In this document: piece after piece, positions 1-8,691 of the stretch
Layout of the letters: the number at the start of each line of letters is the position of its first letter
Numbering within the stretch: position 1 is the first letter of the stretch
DNA from: Nitrososphaerota archaeon
GTDB lineage: Archaea; Thermoproteota; Nitrososphaeria_A; Caldarchaeales; Calditenuaceae
Direction: 5' to 3'
Assembly: GCA_038741355.1 (NCBI GenBank)
Contig: JAVYLC010000014.1
Span: 10,947 to 34,946, forward strand
DNA: 24,000 nucleotides
Notes under the pieces: generated by a model
Database searches by the model: none
What the model was told of the DNA's origin: nothing
What the model saw: only the letters and a program-made list of their open reading frames with translations
Made by a program: the position numbers and the translations under genes

Positions 1-280
1 TAGACCTCAGAGCCTCGACAAGCCTCCTCTCAGGCAGACCCTTCTCGACATATACGAGCCCCTCCTCTCCCAGCGTCAATACATGCGTCACCGAGGCCTT
101 TGAGGGCTCTGCAAGACCCTTGCTCGCCAGCCATTCCGAAGCCTTCGCGACAGCACCTACATTCACGTCTAGCTTAGCGGCAATCTCGTCAAAACCAAGT
201 GGCCCCTCAGTGAGGATTAGGCTTAGTACACGCCTCTCTAAGGGGTGCAGCTCAAACTCCTCTCTTCCTTGCTCCGACAT
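1..280 (-). CDS. pheS: phenylalanine--tRNA ligase alpha subunit, N-terminal part (CDS continues beyond the window start)
   Basis: Not in the supplied ORF track because the frame is open at the window edge. A reverse-strand ATG at 280..278 opens a frame with no stop down to position 1: MSEQGREEFELHPLERRVLSLILTEGPLGFDEIAAKLDVNVGAVAKASEWLASKGLAEPSKASVTHVLTLGEEGLVYVEKGLPERRLVEALRS. I recognise the repeated winged-helix-like N-terminus and the GLPERRL motif from archaeal PheRS alpha subunits. The + ORF 120..311 is its antisense shadow. Confidence 0.6.
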   Translation of the reverse strand, partial: MSEQGREEFELHPLERRVLSLILTEGPLGFDEIAAKLDVNVGAVAKASEWLASKGLAEPSKASVTHVLTLGEEGLVYVEKGLPERRLVEALRS

Positions 281-328
281 GAAACCAACAACACACGTCT
301 CAGCTTCTTAACATAGTTTATTCGATAC

Positions 329-892
329 ATGTTTTTACCTAACTCACATATTATTGGCAGTGGGATGGAGAGAGTGGGGGTAAAAGCGGTCTTGGCTGAG
401 GATTTCAGATGTAGAGTGGTTGAGGGAGATATTGAAGGCTTGGTGGCTAAGGGGTATGGGGGTCTCTCAGAGGGCCAGCTGATGCTTTGGCCCGAAGAGG
501 TGCTGTATCTCCTTGAGAGGAGGGCATTAAGCCTCGCGGATAAGGACGGCGCCCTACTCGACTTTAAAACTTACCTCGACCAGCTCTTAAAGGAGAAACC
601 CCAGTTCTGGTCCCAATACATAGTATACCGAGACCTGAGAAAGAGTGGAAGGATAGTGAAGAAGGGGTTTGGAGGCATGCTAACCTATAGGCTCTACGAG
701 CCCTCTGACAGGGAGACTTCAAGATACCTCATTTTCCCTTTCTCCGAAGGTTCAACACTCAGGATGGAGGAGCTCCTTAAGGCCTTAAAGCAGGTTATGA
801 AAAAGGGGAAGGTCCTGATAATCGCAGTCCTAGAGCGGAGGGGAGAGGTGATTTACTACTCATGCACAGACACGAACCTCTCAAATCTCTAA
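329..892 (+). CDS. endA: tRNA-splicing endonuclease subunit, probably the non-catalytic structural (beta-type) subunit; likely true start is ATG 365
   Basis: The C-terminal half has the EndA fold signature (IVYRDLRKSGRIVKKGFGGMLTYRLYEP...RYLIFPF...KKGKVLIIAVLERRGEVIYY). The position aligned with the catalytic His (HSxYLV in M. jannaschii EndA) reads TSRYLI. A T-rich TATA-like element at 332..338 lies about 30 nt upstream of the second ATG (365). This favours a leaderless start at 365 (MERVGVKAV...). Confidence 0.7.
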   Translation: MFLPNSHIIGSGMERVGVKAVLAEDFRCRVVEGDIEGLVAKGYGGLSEGQLMLWPEEVLYLLERRALSLADKDGALLDFKTYLDQLLKEKPQFWSQYIVYRDLRKSGRIVKKGFGGMLTYRLYEPSDRETSRYLIFPFSEGSTLRMEELLKALKQVMKKGKVLIIAVLERRGEVIYYSCTDTNLSNL

Positions 893-1725
893 GGGCTAGT
901 GGCTTCATCGAGATAACACGTCCCCCAAACGGCTTGATGATGGTTTTCGCCGTCTATGTCGGGTATTTTGTACAGAGTGGCAAGATTCCCACTCCTTTCG
1001 AGGGCTTTTTAGCTGCAGTCACTGCCTACGCTTTATCTGCTTCATCGATGGTGGTAAACGACATCATAGACAGGGATGTAGATGCGGTCAACAATCCCAG
1101 CCGCCCCATACCCTCAGGTCGCGTCAAAGTCTCTGAGGCAGTCCCATTCTCAATCCTTCTCGGACTAGCCGGGCTAGTGTCATCGACTGTTCTGGGCCCA
1201 GCTGCTCTGGTGGTGGCGGCGATATTCTACGCCCTCGCACTCTCCTACAATACCTATCTAAAGAAGACGGGGTTGGTCGGGAACTCAGCGGTCAGCGCTA
1301 CGATATCCGCCCCCTACATCTATGGCGCAATATTGGCTGAGGGAACCATCGAAATACCTGTTGCCATTATAGCCTCCATGTCTTTCCTCGCTGGCATGGG
1401 CAGGGAGGTGGTTAAAGGGATTTCCGACGTGGAGGGTGATAGAAGCCGCGGGGTCAAGACCTACGCAATTACACATGGGAAAAATGCTGCAGCGCGACTC
1501 GGCGCAGGCCTCGTCTTCGTAGCAGTCGCTCTAAGCCCACTACCCGTAGCCATCGGCGCCATGAGCCCACTCTATATCCCACCCGTAGCAATAGCCGATG
1601 CAGGATTCACATACTCCAACATTAAACTACTGCGAGATCCTGAAATCAGTAGAAAAACAAAGACAGAGTATCTGGTCTGGATGCTCATAGGCCTCGTCGG
1701 ATTCCTTCTAGGCGCGTACAAGTAA
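862..1725 (+). CDS. UbiA-family prenyltransferase, most likely (S)-2,3-di-O-geranylgeranylglyceryl phosphate (DGGGP) synthase
   Basis: 287 aa polytopic membrane protein. N-terminus LKSLRASGFIEITRPPNGLMM and the Asp-rich motif NDIIDRDVDAVNNPSRPIPSGRV are typical of archaeal DGGGP synthases. Overlaps the upstream gene by 31 nt. Confidence 0.75.
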   Translation: MHRHEPLKSLRASGFIEITRPPNGLMMVFAVYVGYFVQSGKIPTPFEGFLAAVTAYALSASSMVVNDIIDRDVDAVNNPSRPIPSGRVKVSEAVPFSILLGLAGLVSSTVLGPAALVVAAIFYALALSYNTYLKKTGLVGNSAVSATISAPYIYGAILAEGTIEIPVAIIASMSFLAGMGREVVKGISDVEGDRSRGVKTYAITHGKNAAARLGAGLVFVAVALSPLPVAIGAMSPLYIPPVAIADAGFTYSNIKLLRDPEISRKTKTEYLVWMLIGLVGFLLGAYK

Positions 1726-1776
1726 CGCAGCTAGAAAGCATGAAATACTGGGGTGTAGAAGTGTAGAGCAGCGGCT

Positions 1777-2970
1777 TTGAAGCTAATCAAAGACCCGGTC
1801 CACGGCTATATCACGCTCACAGACTGGGAGCTAGGAGTAGTCGACACCTTTGCATTTCAGAGACTGAGGAGGATAGGGCAACTCCCTCTAGCATACCTTG
1901 TATATCCCGGAGCCCGTCACACACGCTTCGACCACTCGCTAGGATCGATGGTCCTGGCAGAAGAGTTTGCGAAGAGCCTAGGCCTACGAGAGGCAGATTC
2001 ACGCGTCTTCAAGGCTGCCGCGCTCCTACACGACATAGGGCATGCCCCTTTTTCACACTTATTTGAGGAGTTTCTATTCGAGAAGGGTTCTACACATGAG
2101 GAGATAGGCAGGAGGATAATCACGAGCAATGATGAGCTGAGACTCGCCATAGAGAGGGCTGGCATAGACATAAGCGAGCTCACAAGGCTCTTAGAGGGGA
2201 GACATAGGTTAAGTAAGCTGGTTTCAGGACCGATAGACGTAGACAGATTAGACTTCCTCCTAAGAGACTCATACTTCACAGGAGCGACTTACGGAGTGAT
2301 TGACGTGAGACGCCTCATCTACCTAACAAAAATCGAGGATGGTGAACTCTGTATCGATGAGAGGGGGCAGGGCGTGTTGGAGGAGCTAGCAGTAGCCCGG
2401 CTCCACTCCTTCCTAAACATATACTTCCACCATGCCGTCCGAGCGGCCCAGCTCCAACTCCTTAGAGCGGCAGAAGAATATGGAGAAGGACTGACAGGAA
2501 TAGCTGAGCTGCCCATAGAAGACTACCTTAACCTCGACGACTTCGCCGTCTGGTGCATGCTCAAAAACAACCCGAAATCTAGAGGCAGAATGGACGCAAT
2601 TTCAAGGAGGATTCTTCCTAAGATGATCTTTGAAGGAAGGGCTGAGGGCCCCCACCCTGGCTCTTGGTCAAGCGAGAAGAGAAAGAGGCTTGAAGCTGAG
2701 TTAGCCGACACCCTACACCTACCCCCAGAAAATGTGTATATTGACTCCTCAGTCATACCGCCTCTCACAAAATATGGTCCGGAGGAGCTGACGATAAGGG
2801 TGAGTGGAAGAGGTGAGAGGCGCGAGGCGAGATTCTGGATCCTGGAGATGACGGCAAAACCCATCTACATCATCAGGGCCTACGTCGACAGGGGTGTTGG
2901 GGAATTCAATACACTGAGGGAAAAGGCTCAGAAGTTCTTCACAAGCCGAGGACCCGTTGGCGATGTCTAA
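1777..2970 (+). CDS. HD-domain metal-dependent phosphohydrolase (COG1078 / SAMHD1-like dNTP triphosphohydrolase-type family)
   Basis: TTG start. KDPVHGYITL...FQRLRRIGQL...RFDHSLGS...LLHDIGHAPFSH...DVDRLDFLLRDSYFTG is the canonical motif series of this HD family. Confidence 0.8.
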   Translation: MKLIKDPVHGYITLTDWELGVVDTFAFQRLRRIGQLPLAYLVYPGARHTRFDHSLGSMVLAEEFAKSLGLREADSRVFKAAALLHDIGHAPFSHLFEEFLFEKGSTHEEIGRRIITSNDELRLAIERAGIDISELTRLLEGRHRLSKLVSGPIDVDRLDFLLRDSYFTGATYGVIDVRRLIYLTKIEDGELCIDERGQGVLEELAVARLHSFLNIYFHHAVRAAQLQLLRAAEEYGEGLTGIAELPIEDYLNLDDFAVWCMLKNNPKSRGRMDAISRRILPKMIFEGRAEGPHPGSWSSEKRKRLEAELADTLHLPPENVYIDSSVIPPLTKYGPEELTIRVSGRGERREARFWILEMTAKPIYIIRAYVDRGVGEFNTLREKAQKFFTSRGPVGDV

Positions 2971-3847
2971 TCTGCCTCATAAGCCCATCCTCAAGGCTTA
3001 CGATCGGTCTGTAACCAAGTAGCCTCCCGATCTTTTCGATTGATGGATAGCTTATCATGGGCTCTACCTCCTCAGCACTCCGCGGTGGAGCCTCCCTTAT
3101 AGTTGCGTTTGACGAAGTCAGCCTCTTTATCAGCTCAGCGAGCTCCCTAATCGAGACAGCATTCCCTGTCCCCACATTAAAGACCTCACCGACAGCCTTC
3201 TCGCTCCTTAAAGCCAGCTCAATCGCGTGGCACAGGTTATCTACGTGATAGGGATCTGTAACGTCTCTGCCACCGTTATATAGCGTCATATCGCCACCCC
3301 GCAGGCAAGCGTCTATAAATCGAGAGATTGCGCTCTGAGGCGAGTCATACTCTCCAAAGACCTTCCAGGACCTGAAAACTACTGTGGGAACACCGTATAT
3401 ACACCTATAGGCCTCCACACATTTTTCGGCTATGACTTTAGTGTAGTCGTATAAGGCGCGTGGTGCGAGGGGGGTCTCCTCTACAACTGGAAGAGGAGGA
3501 CGGGGACCGTATACATTGGCTGAGGAGAGGTATATGAATCTCTCAACACCCAATCGACGGGCCACCTCAAGCATATTTACCGCACCGATGACATTGGTGT
3601 TTAGACAGCTGTGCGGATCTGCCCTACATGCGGATGGATTGGATATTGCTGCCAGATGGACGATGTGACTCGGCCGATAGTCTCGTAGGAGTGATAACAA
3701 CTCATCCAGCGAGAGGATACTGGCCTTTATCTCGGCCCCCTCACAAACATCCAAGCCTAAAGGCGAATATCCCTTTCTCGCAAGATAGTCTCGCAGGCTT
3801 CTTCCAATGAATCCCTGAGAACCAGTGATGAGTACCTGTGTCACCAA
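2939..3847 (-). CDS. NAD-dependent epimerase/dehydratase (UDP-sugar 4-epimerase-like SDR)
   Basis: Rossmann motif ITGSQGFIGRSL at the N-terminus and the extended-SDR catalytic YxxxK (YDYTK). 302 aa. The 3' end overlaps the convergent HD gene by 32 nt. Confidence 0.85.
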   Translation of the reverse strand: MVTQVLITGSQGFIGRSLRDYLARKGYSPLGLDVCEGAEIKASILSLDELLSLLRDYRPSHIVHLAAISNPSACRADPHSCLNTNVIGAVNMLEVARRLGVERFIYLSSANVYGPRPPLPVVEETPLAPRALYDYTKVIAEKCVEAYRCIYGVPTVVFRSWKVFGEYDSPQSAISRFIDACLRGGDMTLYNGGRDVTDPYHVDNLCHAIELALRSEKAVGEVFNVGTGNAVSIRELAELIKRLTSSNATIREAPPRSAEEVEPMISYPSIEKIGRLLGYRPIVSLEDGLMRQIRHRQRVLGL

Positions 3848-3890
3848 AGACGCGAGACTGATTCTTGATAAATACCTATTCCGAGAGCTC

Positions 3891-6566
3891 TTAAGAAATC
3901 ACGCAGCTAGTCCAGCCACAGTCAATACACTTCACACAGCCCTCCTGCCATATCAGGTTCTTGCTCTTACACTCAGGACAGAAGCTGTAGCCCTCTTCGC
4001 CACTCCTAATCTCGATGCTAACCACCGGCTCACCCGGTAACTGCGTTGATGATACTTGGAGGGGCGAGGCTGTCCTTCTAACCCTCTCGGAGGAGGGCAC
4101 TCTGATTTCTATGCCTAGGCCTCGCATGATATTTAGCGTGTTGTTCTCCACTATTGTGACGTATCTCGACTCCTTCTGGCTCGGAGTTACCAGGACTTGA
4201 GTAGACTTTGAGAGGTCCCGGTATACTGTGATGCCCTTTAACCCGAGCTTGTAGGCGAAGAGGTATGCGTTCTTGACATCCTCGACAGTAACCCAGCTAG
4301 GCATGTTGATGGTCTTGCTGACAGCTGCATCTACCCAGAGGCCCACATGATATTGGGCCCTAACATGATCCCACCACGGTACGTCATACGCAACCACGAA
4401 GACCTTCCTAGCCTCCTCGGGAAAGACGTCCAGACCCTGGATCGAGCCCCCGTTGTCTGCAACCATCTTGAATATCTGCTCGTTATAGAGCCCAGTCTCC
4501 TTCAAGTAATTCTCGAACTCGAGGTCTATGTAGTGGAATACGCCGACCGTCACATGCTTCTCATAAAGCAGTGCGAAGACAGGCTCCAGCCCCGAACTAG
4601 CGTCCACAAGCATGGAGATGCTTCCGGTCGGCGCGATAGACATTAGAAAGCTATTCCGGATTCCAAAGCGCTTTACATCTTCTGCGACCCTGTCCCAATC
4701 CATTGTCCATAGCTCTCTATTGTAGAAGCCCTCCAAGGGGAGCTGCCCATTGACGTATTCGCTCCTCCAGTACAGTGGGAAGACACCTCTCACCTTGGCC
4801 CGCTCAATACTCTCACGGTACGCGTGGTACGCGATGAATTCTGTTATCCTCTGCATGAAGCTGAAGCCCTCCTCACTATTGTATGGGATCCTTAATGCGA
4901 AGAGAAGGTCTGCAAGCCCCATGAATCCGAGGCCGATTCTCCGCGTCTTCTTTGACATCTCGTCTATACTCTGGAGTGGATAATTATTCACGTCTATTAC
5001 ATTGTCTAGGAACCTGTAGGCGATTTTTACAGCTTCCTGGAGCCCGTCCCAGTCAACTTCTTTCCCCTTCTCAGTAGTTTTCACGAATGCGTATAGGTTT
5101 ATGGAGCCTAGGTTGCAGGACTCGTACTCGTAGAGGGGCTCCTCTCCACAGGGGTTGGTAGAAGTAATGTTGCCGAGTGCTTTTCGCAGCGGGTTTCTTC
5201 TATTGATGTTCTCGAGGAATAGAACTCCGGGGTCAGCGGTCTTCCATGCCATTTCAGCTATGAGGTGGAAGAGGTGTGAGGGGCTTTTTGTCCCCCAAAC
5301 CTTGCCGTCTCGGGGGTTCCTAAGCTCGTAGGGGGTGTCATTTTCGAGACACTTCATAAACTTGTCATCCATGAGCACGCTTATGTTGAAGTTCTCCAAG
5401 AACCCCTCCTTCTCCTTCGCCCTGATAAACTTCTCTATGTCCGGGTGCCACACCTCCAGAATACCCATGTTTGCACCCCTCCTCTTACCACCCTGCTTCA
5501 CAACCTCGGTTACAGTATCTATTATCCGCATGAAGGTAACAGGGCCTGAAGCGACTCCAGAGGTGGAGAAGACAACATCGCCCTCAGGCCTTAGCTTGGA
5601 GTAGTTGATCCCTATGCCTCCCCCACTCTTGAAAATGATGGCGGCCTCCGTCGCCGCCCTCATGATCGACTCGATATTGTCCTCGATGGGCAGGACGAAG
5701 CAGGCTGAGAGCTGGCCCAGCCTAGCCCCAGCGTTAAAGAGGGTCGGGCTATTGGGCATGAACTTCTTCTCGACCATGAGGTTATAGTAGCTGAGGTAGT
5801 CGTTGTAGTGGTGGTCGAAGGCGCCTGAGAGAAGCATCCCCCAGAAGACGCTCCACGCGTGCTTCATCATGCATTGGGCGTTAAGGCTGTCGTAGAGCTT
5901 TTTCATCCTCTCAAGGTGCCATCTATTCCAGTAAACCTGGTAGCCCTCACCATTCTTACCAAGACCTACCTTCCCAGCCCAGAATTCGGGGTTGAAAGAC
6001 TCTTGGGGGTGAATCACTTGTTTAGCTTCCTTATCGAAGATGAGGGGGTCATAGAGTATGTCGGGGATTACTACTAGGGCGGCCACCCTTTGGAATAGTT
6101 GTTTAGGCCGCTCCGCGAGCTTTCCCTCCTCATTCTTGAGAAGATACCTATTTGCCATGAGTCTTATCGCGTTTACGGAGAACCTCTTATCAACCTCATC
6201 GAGATAATCTGTTTCAAGGATAAGCATCTTCTCCTTCCTAATACGCTCCCTCTGCTTCCTGTACAGGATGTAGGACTTCGCCACTTCGTATAGATCAAAC
6301 CTGACTAAGGCGAGTTCGACTATATCTTGGACATCCTCAACATGGGGAGTCCGCGTGGCGCCATATTTCTCAGCTATAACTTGAAGAACGTACTCTACCA
6401 CTTGGTCGAGGAGAACTTCATCATACTTGTCCACAGCAATCATTGCCTTCTTGATGGCCTCACGGATCCGGCGATAGTCAAAGTCCACTACGCGGCCATC
6501 CCTCTTAACGATCTTCTTAACCGGGAATTTCTCAAGTTTTATACCCACTCCCAAGCCACCGAGCAA
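3891..6566 (-). CDS. nrdJ: adenosylcobalamin-dependent (class II) ribonucleoside-diphosphate reductase with N-terminal ATP-cone and C-terminal zinc ribbon
   Basis: 891 aa. ATP-cone (VVKRDGRVVDFDYRRIREAIKKA), catalytic core motifs (LSACFVLP, GGGIGINYSKLRPEGD, TNPCGEEPLYEYESCNLGSINL) and a terminal CPECKS...CVKCIDCGW zinc ribbon. No intein-sized insertion. The exact start is uncertain: TTG 6566, TTG 6554 or GTG 6548. Confidence 0.9.
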   Translation of the reverse strand: MLGGLGVGIKLEKFPVKKIVKRDGRVVDFDYRRIREAIKKAMIAVDKYDEVLLDQVVEYVLQVIAEKYGATRTPHVEDVQDIVELALVRFDLYEVAKSYILYRKQRERIRKEKMLILETDYLDEVDKRFSVNAIRLMANRYLLKNEEGKLAERPKQLFQRVAALVVIPDILYDPLIFDKEAKQVIHPQESFNPEFWAGKVGLGKNGEGYQVYWNRWHLERMKKLYDSLNAQCMMKHAWSVFWGMLLSGAFDHHYNDYLSYYNLMVEKKFMPNSPTLFNAGARLGQLSACFVLPIEDNIESIMRAATEAAIIFKSGGGIGINYSKLRPEGDVVFSTSGVASGPVTFMRIIDTVTEVVKQGGKRRGANMGILEVWHPDIEKFIRAKEKEGFLENFNISVLMDDKFMKCLENDTPYELRNPRDGKVWGTKSPSHLFHLIAEMAWKTADPGVLFLENINRRNPLRKALGNITSTNPCGEEPLYEYESCNLGSINLYAFVKTTEKGKEVDWDGLQEAVKIAYRFLDNVIDVNNYPLQSIDEMSKKTRRIGLGFMGLADLLFALRIPYNSEEGFSFMQRITEFIAYHAYRESIERAKVRGVFPLYWRSEYVNGQLPLEGFYNRELWTMDWDRVAEDVKRFGIRNSFLMSIAPTGSISMLVDASSGLEPVFALLYEKHVTVGVFHYIDLEFENYLKETGLYNEQIFKMVADNGGSIQGLDVFPEEARKVFVVAYDVPWWDHVRAQYHVGLWVDAAVSKTINMPSWVTVEDVKNAYLFAYKLGLKGITVYRDLSKSTQVLVTPSQKESRYVTIVENNTLNIMRGLGIEIRVPSSERVRRTASPLQVSSTQLPGEPVVSIEIRSGEEGYSFCPECKSKNLIWQEGCVKCIDCGWTSCVIS

Positions 6567-6742
6567 GGCCCACTACGAGGGCCTCATATAACTCGTTTGT
6601 TAGTACATGTTTTTAAGAGTTCTCGCACACCCCACCGAAAATAAAAATACGGTTACTTGGTTACCTATTGGCCATGAGTCTGATAGTTCGCCGGCTTACC
6701 TGCAAATCGAGGTGGTGAAAGCCCTTTGGGGCCGATATTAGC

Positions 6743-6749
6743 ATATATA
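6743..6749 (+). promoter_or_regulatory. TATA box of tyrS (leaderless transcript predicted)
   Basis: ATATATA is centred about 30 nt upstream of ATG 6776. This is the crenarchaeal promoter geometry that places the transcription start at or within a few nt of the start codon. Confidence 0.5.
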
Positions 6750-6775
6750 GCCGGCGGGAAAGAGCTAGGCCTAGG

Positions 6776-7735
6776 ATGGCAGCTAGGGCCGCGCCAGAGG
6801 AGGTCGCCAGGTCTATAAGCAGCGTCTCTGTAGAAGTCTTGACGGAGGAAGAGTTTACCAGCATCCTAGAGACGGGCAAGGTACAGGCCTACATCGGGAT
6901 TGAGCCAAGCAACATTCTCCACTTGGGGACACTGGTGGCCTGTGAGCCGATAATCCGGCTTGCCAAAGCAGGGTATAAGACAAAATTTCTTCTCGCAGAT
7001 ATTCATGGATGGCTCAATGACAAGGGCGAGCTGGAACAACTGAAGGAGATTGCGGGGCAGAACCAGGAACTTCTCTCAAAGGTGGTTAAGTCTCGGGGGG
7101 TTGACTACTCAAATGTCGAATTCGTCTACGGGTCGAGCTACCAGCTCAGTGAAGGCTATGTCAAAGAGTTAATGCGCCTAGCCAAGCTGGTTACGGCATC
7201 AGAGGCTAGAAAAGCCATGGACATGATAAGTAAGAAGGATGTCATGTATAAGGTCGGATCAGAGATTTACGCACTCATGCAATGTCTAGACATAGGCTAT
7301 TTAGGGGTAAATGTCGCTGTAGGGGGCTTGGATCAAAGGAAGATCCACGTCATGGCACGGGAGTATCTTAGGAAGCTCGGCTATGCGAAGCCTGTGGCAA
7401 TTCATACACCTATCATCCTAGGGCTTGATGGAGGGGCGAAAATGTCTAAGAGCCTAGATAACGCCATATTTCTCGACGATGGGGAGGAGGAGGTTTCGAG
7501 AAAGGTTTTCCAAGCCTTCTGCCCTGAACGAGAACTGGAGAACAATCCTTTGACCATGATTGTGGAGCGTGTTGTTTTCCCTTGGCTTGGCCATTTCGAG
7601 GCAGGCGGCAAGACTTTTTGCGATTATAGCGAGTTTGTTCAAGATTGGAGGGGTGGCGTCCTGACTGCTAAAAAGTTGAAGGAGGCCTTGACAGAGGCCC
7701 TCAACAACATACTGCGGAGAATTCGGACCTCGTAG
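6776..7735 (+). CDS. tyrS: tyrosine--tRNA ligase
   Basis: Class I aaRS. IGIEPSNILHLGT (HIGH-region variant), LLADIHGWLNDKG, GGLDQRKIHVMAREYL and KMSKS match the archaeal TyrRS pattern rather than TrpRS. 319 aa. Confidence 0.8.
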   Translation: MAARAAPEEVARSISSVSVEVLTEEEFTSILETGKVQAYIGIEPSNILHLGTLVACEPIIRLAKAGYKTKFLLADIHGWLNDKGELEQLKEIAGQNQELLSKVVKSRGVDYSNVEFVYGSSYQLSEGYVKELMRLAKLVTASEARKAMDMISKKDVMYKVGSEIYALMQCLDIGYLGVNVAVGGLDQRKIHVMAREYLRKLGYAKPVAIHTPIILGLDGGAKMSKSLDNAIFLDDGEEEVSRKVFQAFCPERELENNPLTMIVERVVFPWLGHFEAGGKTFCDYSEFVQDWRGGVLTAKKLKEALTEALNNILRRIRTS

Positions 7736-7752
7736 CATAGTTGGCGCGTATC

Positions 7753-8691
7753 TTAAGACCCTGACTCTCTTAGCTGTCTTGCTATGCTGCAGGCCTTGTT
7801 TACAACTTCGATAGGCGTCCTTCCGAAAACATAGATTGCCGGCTCTAATCCCAATCCTCCTTCATCGAGCACGACATCTGCCGCAGGATTCTTCTTCAAT
7901 GCCTCGATCACGTCAAAGACTACTTCATCCTCACTTCTCACCCTTTCATTTGGCTTAGTGCTGACTGCGATGAGGCCGGCCCTCTTAACGACCTCTCCCA
8001 CACCCTTGACCATCTTCAGGTTCATGATGCTCTTTTTATCGGCATTGATTCTGATGCTGCCGAGGAGGATGGAGGCCAAGTGTTTTGAGGCACCGAATGC
8101 AGGCTTGCTGACTGGGACCATCCGTGCACCGATCCTAACTATTCTGCCCGGAAACGCGGCTATGTCATTCAGGCTCGAGGCGTTGTCCAAGGCTGTTGCA
8201 ATGTTTATGGAGACCTCCGGATATAGGGGGAGGAGCTCGGGGGAGCGCCCCACCAGCTCTGCTGCGAGTCTGAGTTCCTCTAGAATTCTCTCCCTCTCGA
8301 GTGGCAGCCTTACCTCGATGCCTATACAGACCTCGCAATCTGCAAGTTCGGGATAGAGTCTCCTATGTAGTCTACAGATGTGGCCACTTGAGAGTAGCCT
8401 TCTCCAAGCCATGTGTAGCACCTGGGTTAAGCGGGGAGCGCCCTCCGAGGCCGCGCTAGCCAAAGAGTTAACCAGGACATCTATTTCCTCATCCGGTATT
8501 CCGAAACCCCTCAACCTGTCAAGATATGTTGATGCGCCTCGCTGGAGGTAGCCACTGACAGCGGCCTGGCTTACACCCAGTACAGCCGATATTCTCGATT
8601 GACTATAACCTCGCCTCCTCAATTCGTGTGCCAAAAGCCCCCTAATGTTTGGAAGAATGTATTTGAGAAGAACCTCCTCAGGAGGTCTCAT
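7753..8691 (-). CDS. HTH DNA-binding domain fused to a ThiN (thiamine-phosphate synthase-like) domain; either a ThiR-type thiamine regulator or an HTH-ThiN enzyme
   Basis: N-terminal HTH (YSQSRISAVLGVSQAAVSGYL). C-terminal ThiN signature (EVSINIATAL...IAAFPGRIV...FGASKHLASILL...DEGGLGLEPAIYVFG). The start ATG overlaps the upstream gene's stop codon (ATGA at 8691..8688). Confidence 0.7.
   Translation of the reverse strand: MRPPEEVLLKYILPNIRGLLAHELRRRGYSQSRISAVLGVSQAAVSGYLQRGASTYLDRLRGFGIPDEEIDVLVNSLASAASEGAPRLTQVLHMAWRRLLSSGHICRLHRRLYPELADCEVCIGIEVRLPLERERILEELRLAAELVGRSPELLPLYPEVSINIATALDNASSLNDIAAFPGRIVRIGARMVPVSKPAFGASKHLASILLGSIRINADKKSIMNLKMVKGVGEVVKRAGLIAVSTKPNERVRSEDEVVFDVIEALKKNPAADVVLDEGGLGLEPAIYVFGRTPIEVVNKACSIARQLRESGS

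Noticed and set aside
120-311. + strand ORF of 63 aa at the window start
   Set aside because: It lies antisense to a much better reverse-strand frame with a recognisable PheRS-alpha N-terminus. The Ser/Ala/Pro-rich composition is typical of a shadow ORF.
1285-2864. Reverse-strand ORFs 1285..1476, 1817..2002, 1917..2279, 2319..2516 and 2523..2864
   Set aside because: All are fully nested antisense within the UbiA and HD-domain genes, whose translations carry clear family motifs. Their low-complexity Ser/Leu/Arg-rich translations mark them as shadow ORFs.
3825-3861. Possible C/D box sRNA: GTGATGA (3825..3831) followed by CTGA (3858..3861) in the epimerase/RNR junction
   Set aside because: It is only 37 nt from C box to D box, too short for the usual 50-70 nt archaeal dual-guide layout. 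It has no C'/D' boxes and no terminal stem between the flanks.
3057-6644. + strand ORFs inside the epimerase and RNR genes (3057..3248, 3628..3810, 3825..4040, 4015..4200, 4347..4646, 4750..4983, 5335..5604, 5605..5787, 5859..6077, 6099..6293, 6327..6644)
   Set aside because: They are antisense to long, motif-rich reverse-strand genes. None carries a recognisable motif or a plausible promoter.
6661-6879. Reverse-strand ORF of 72 aa spanning the tyrS promoter and 5' end
   Set aside because: It overlaps the tyrS TATA box and start. It has no promoter or SD of its own and a low-complexity translation.
6920-6931. TyrRS HIGH signature reads HLGT instead of HxGH
   Set aside because: Variation at the fourth position of this motif is, to my recollection, seen in crenarchaeal TyrRS. 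KMSKS and the other motifs are intact. I cannot call this unusual without an alignment.
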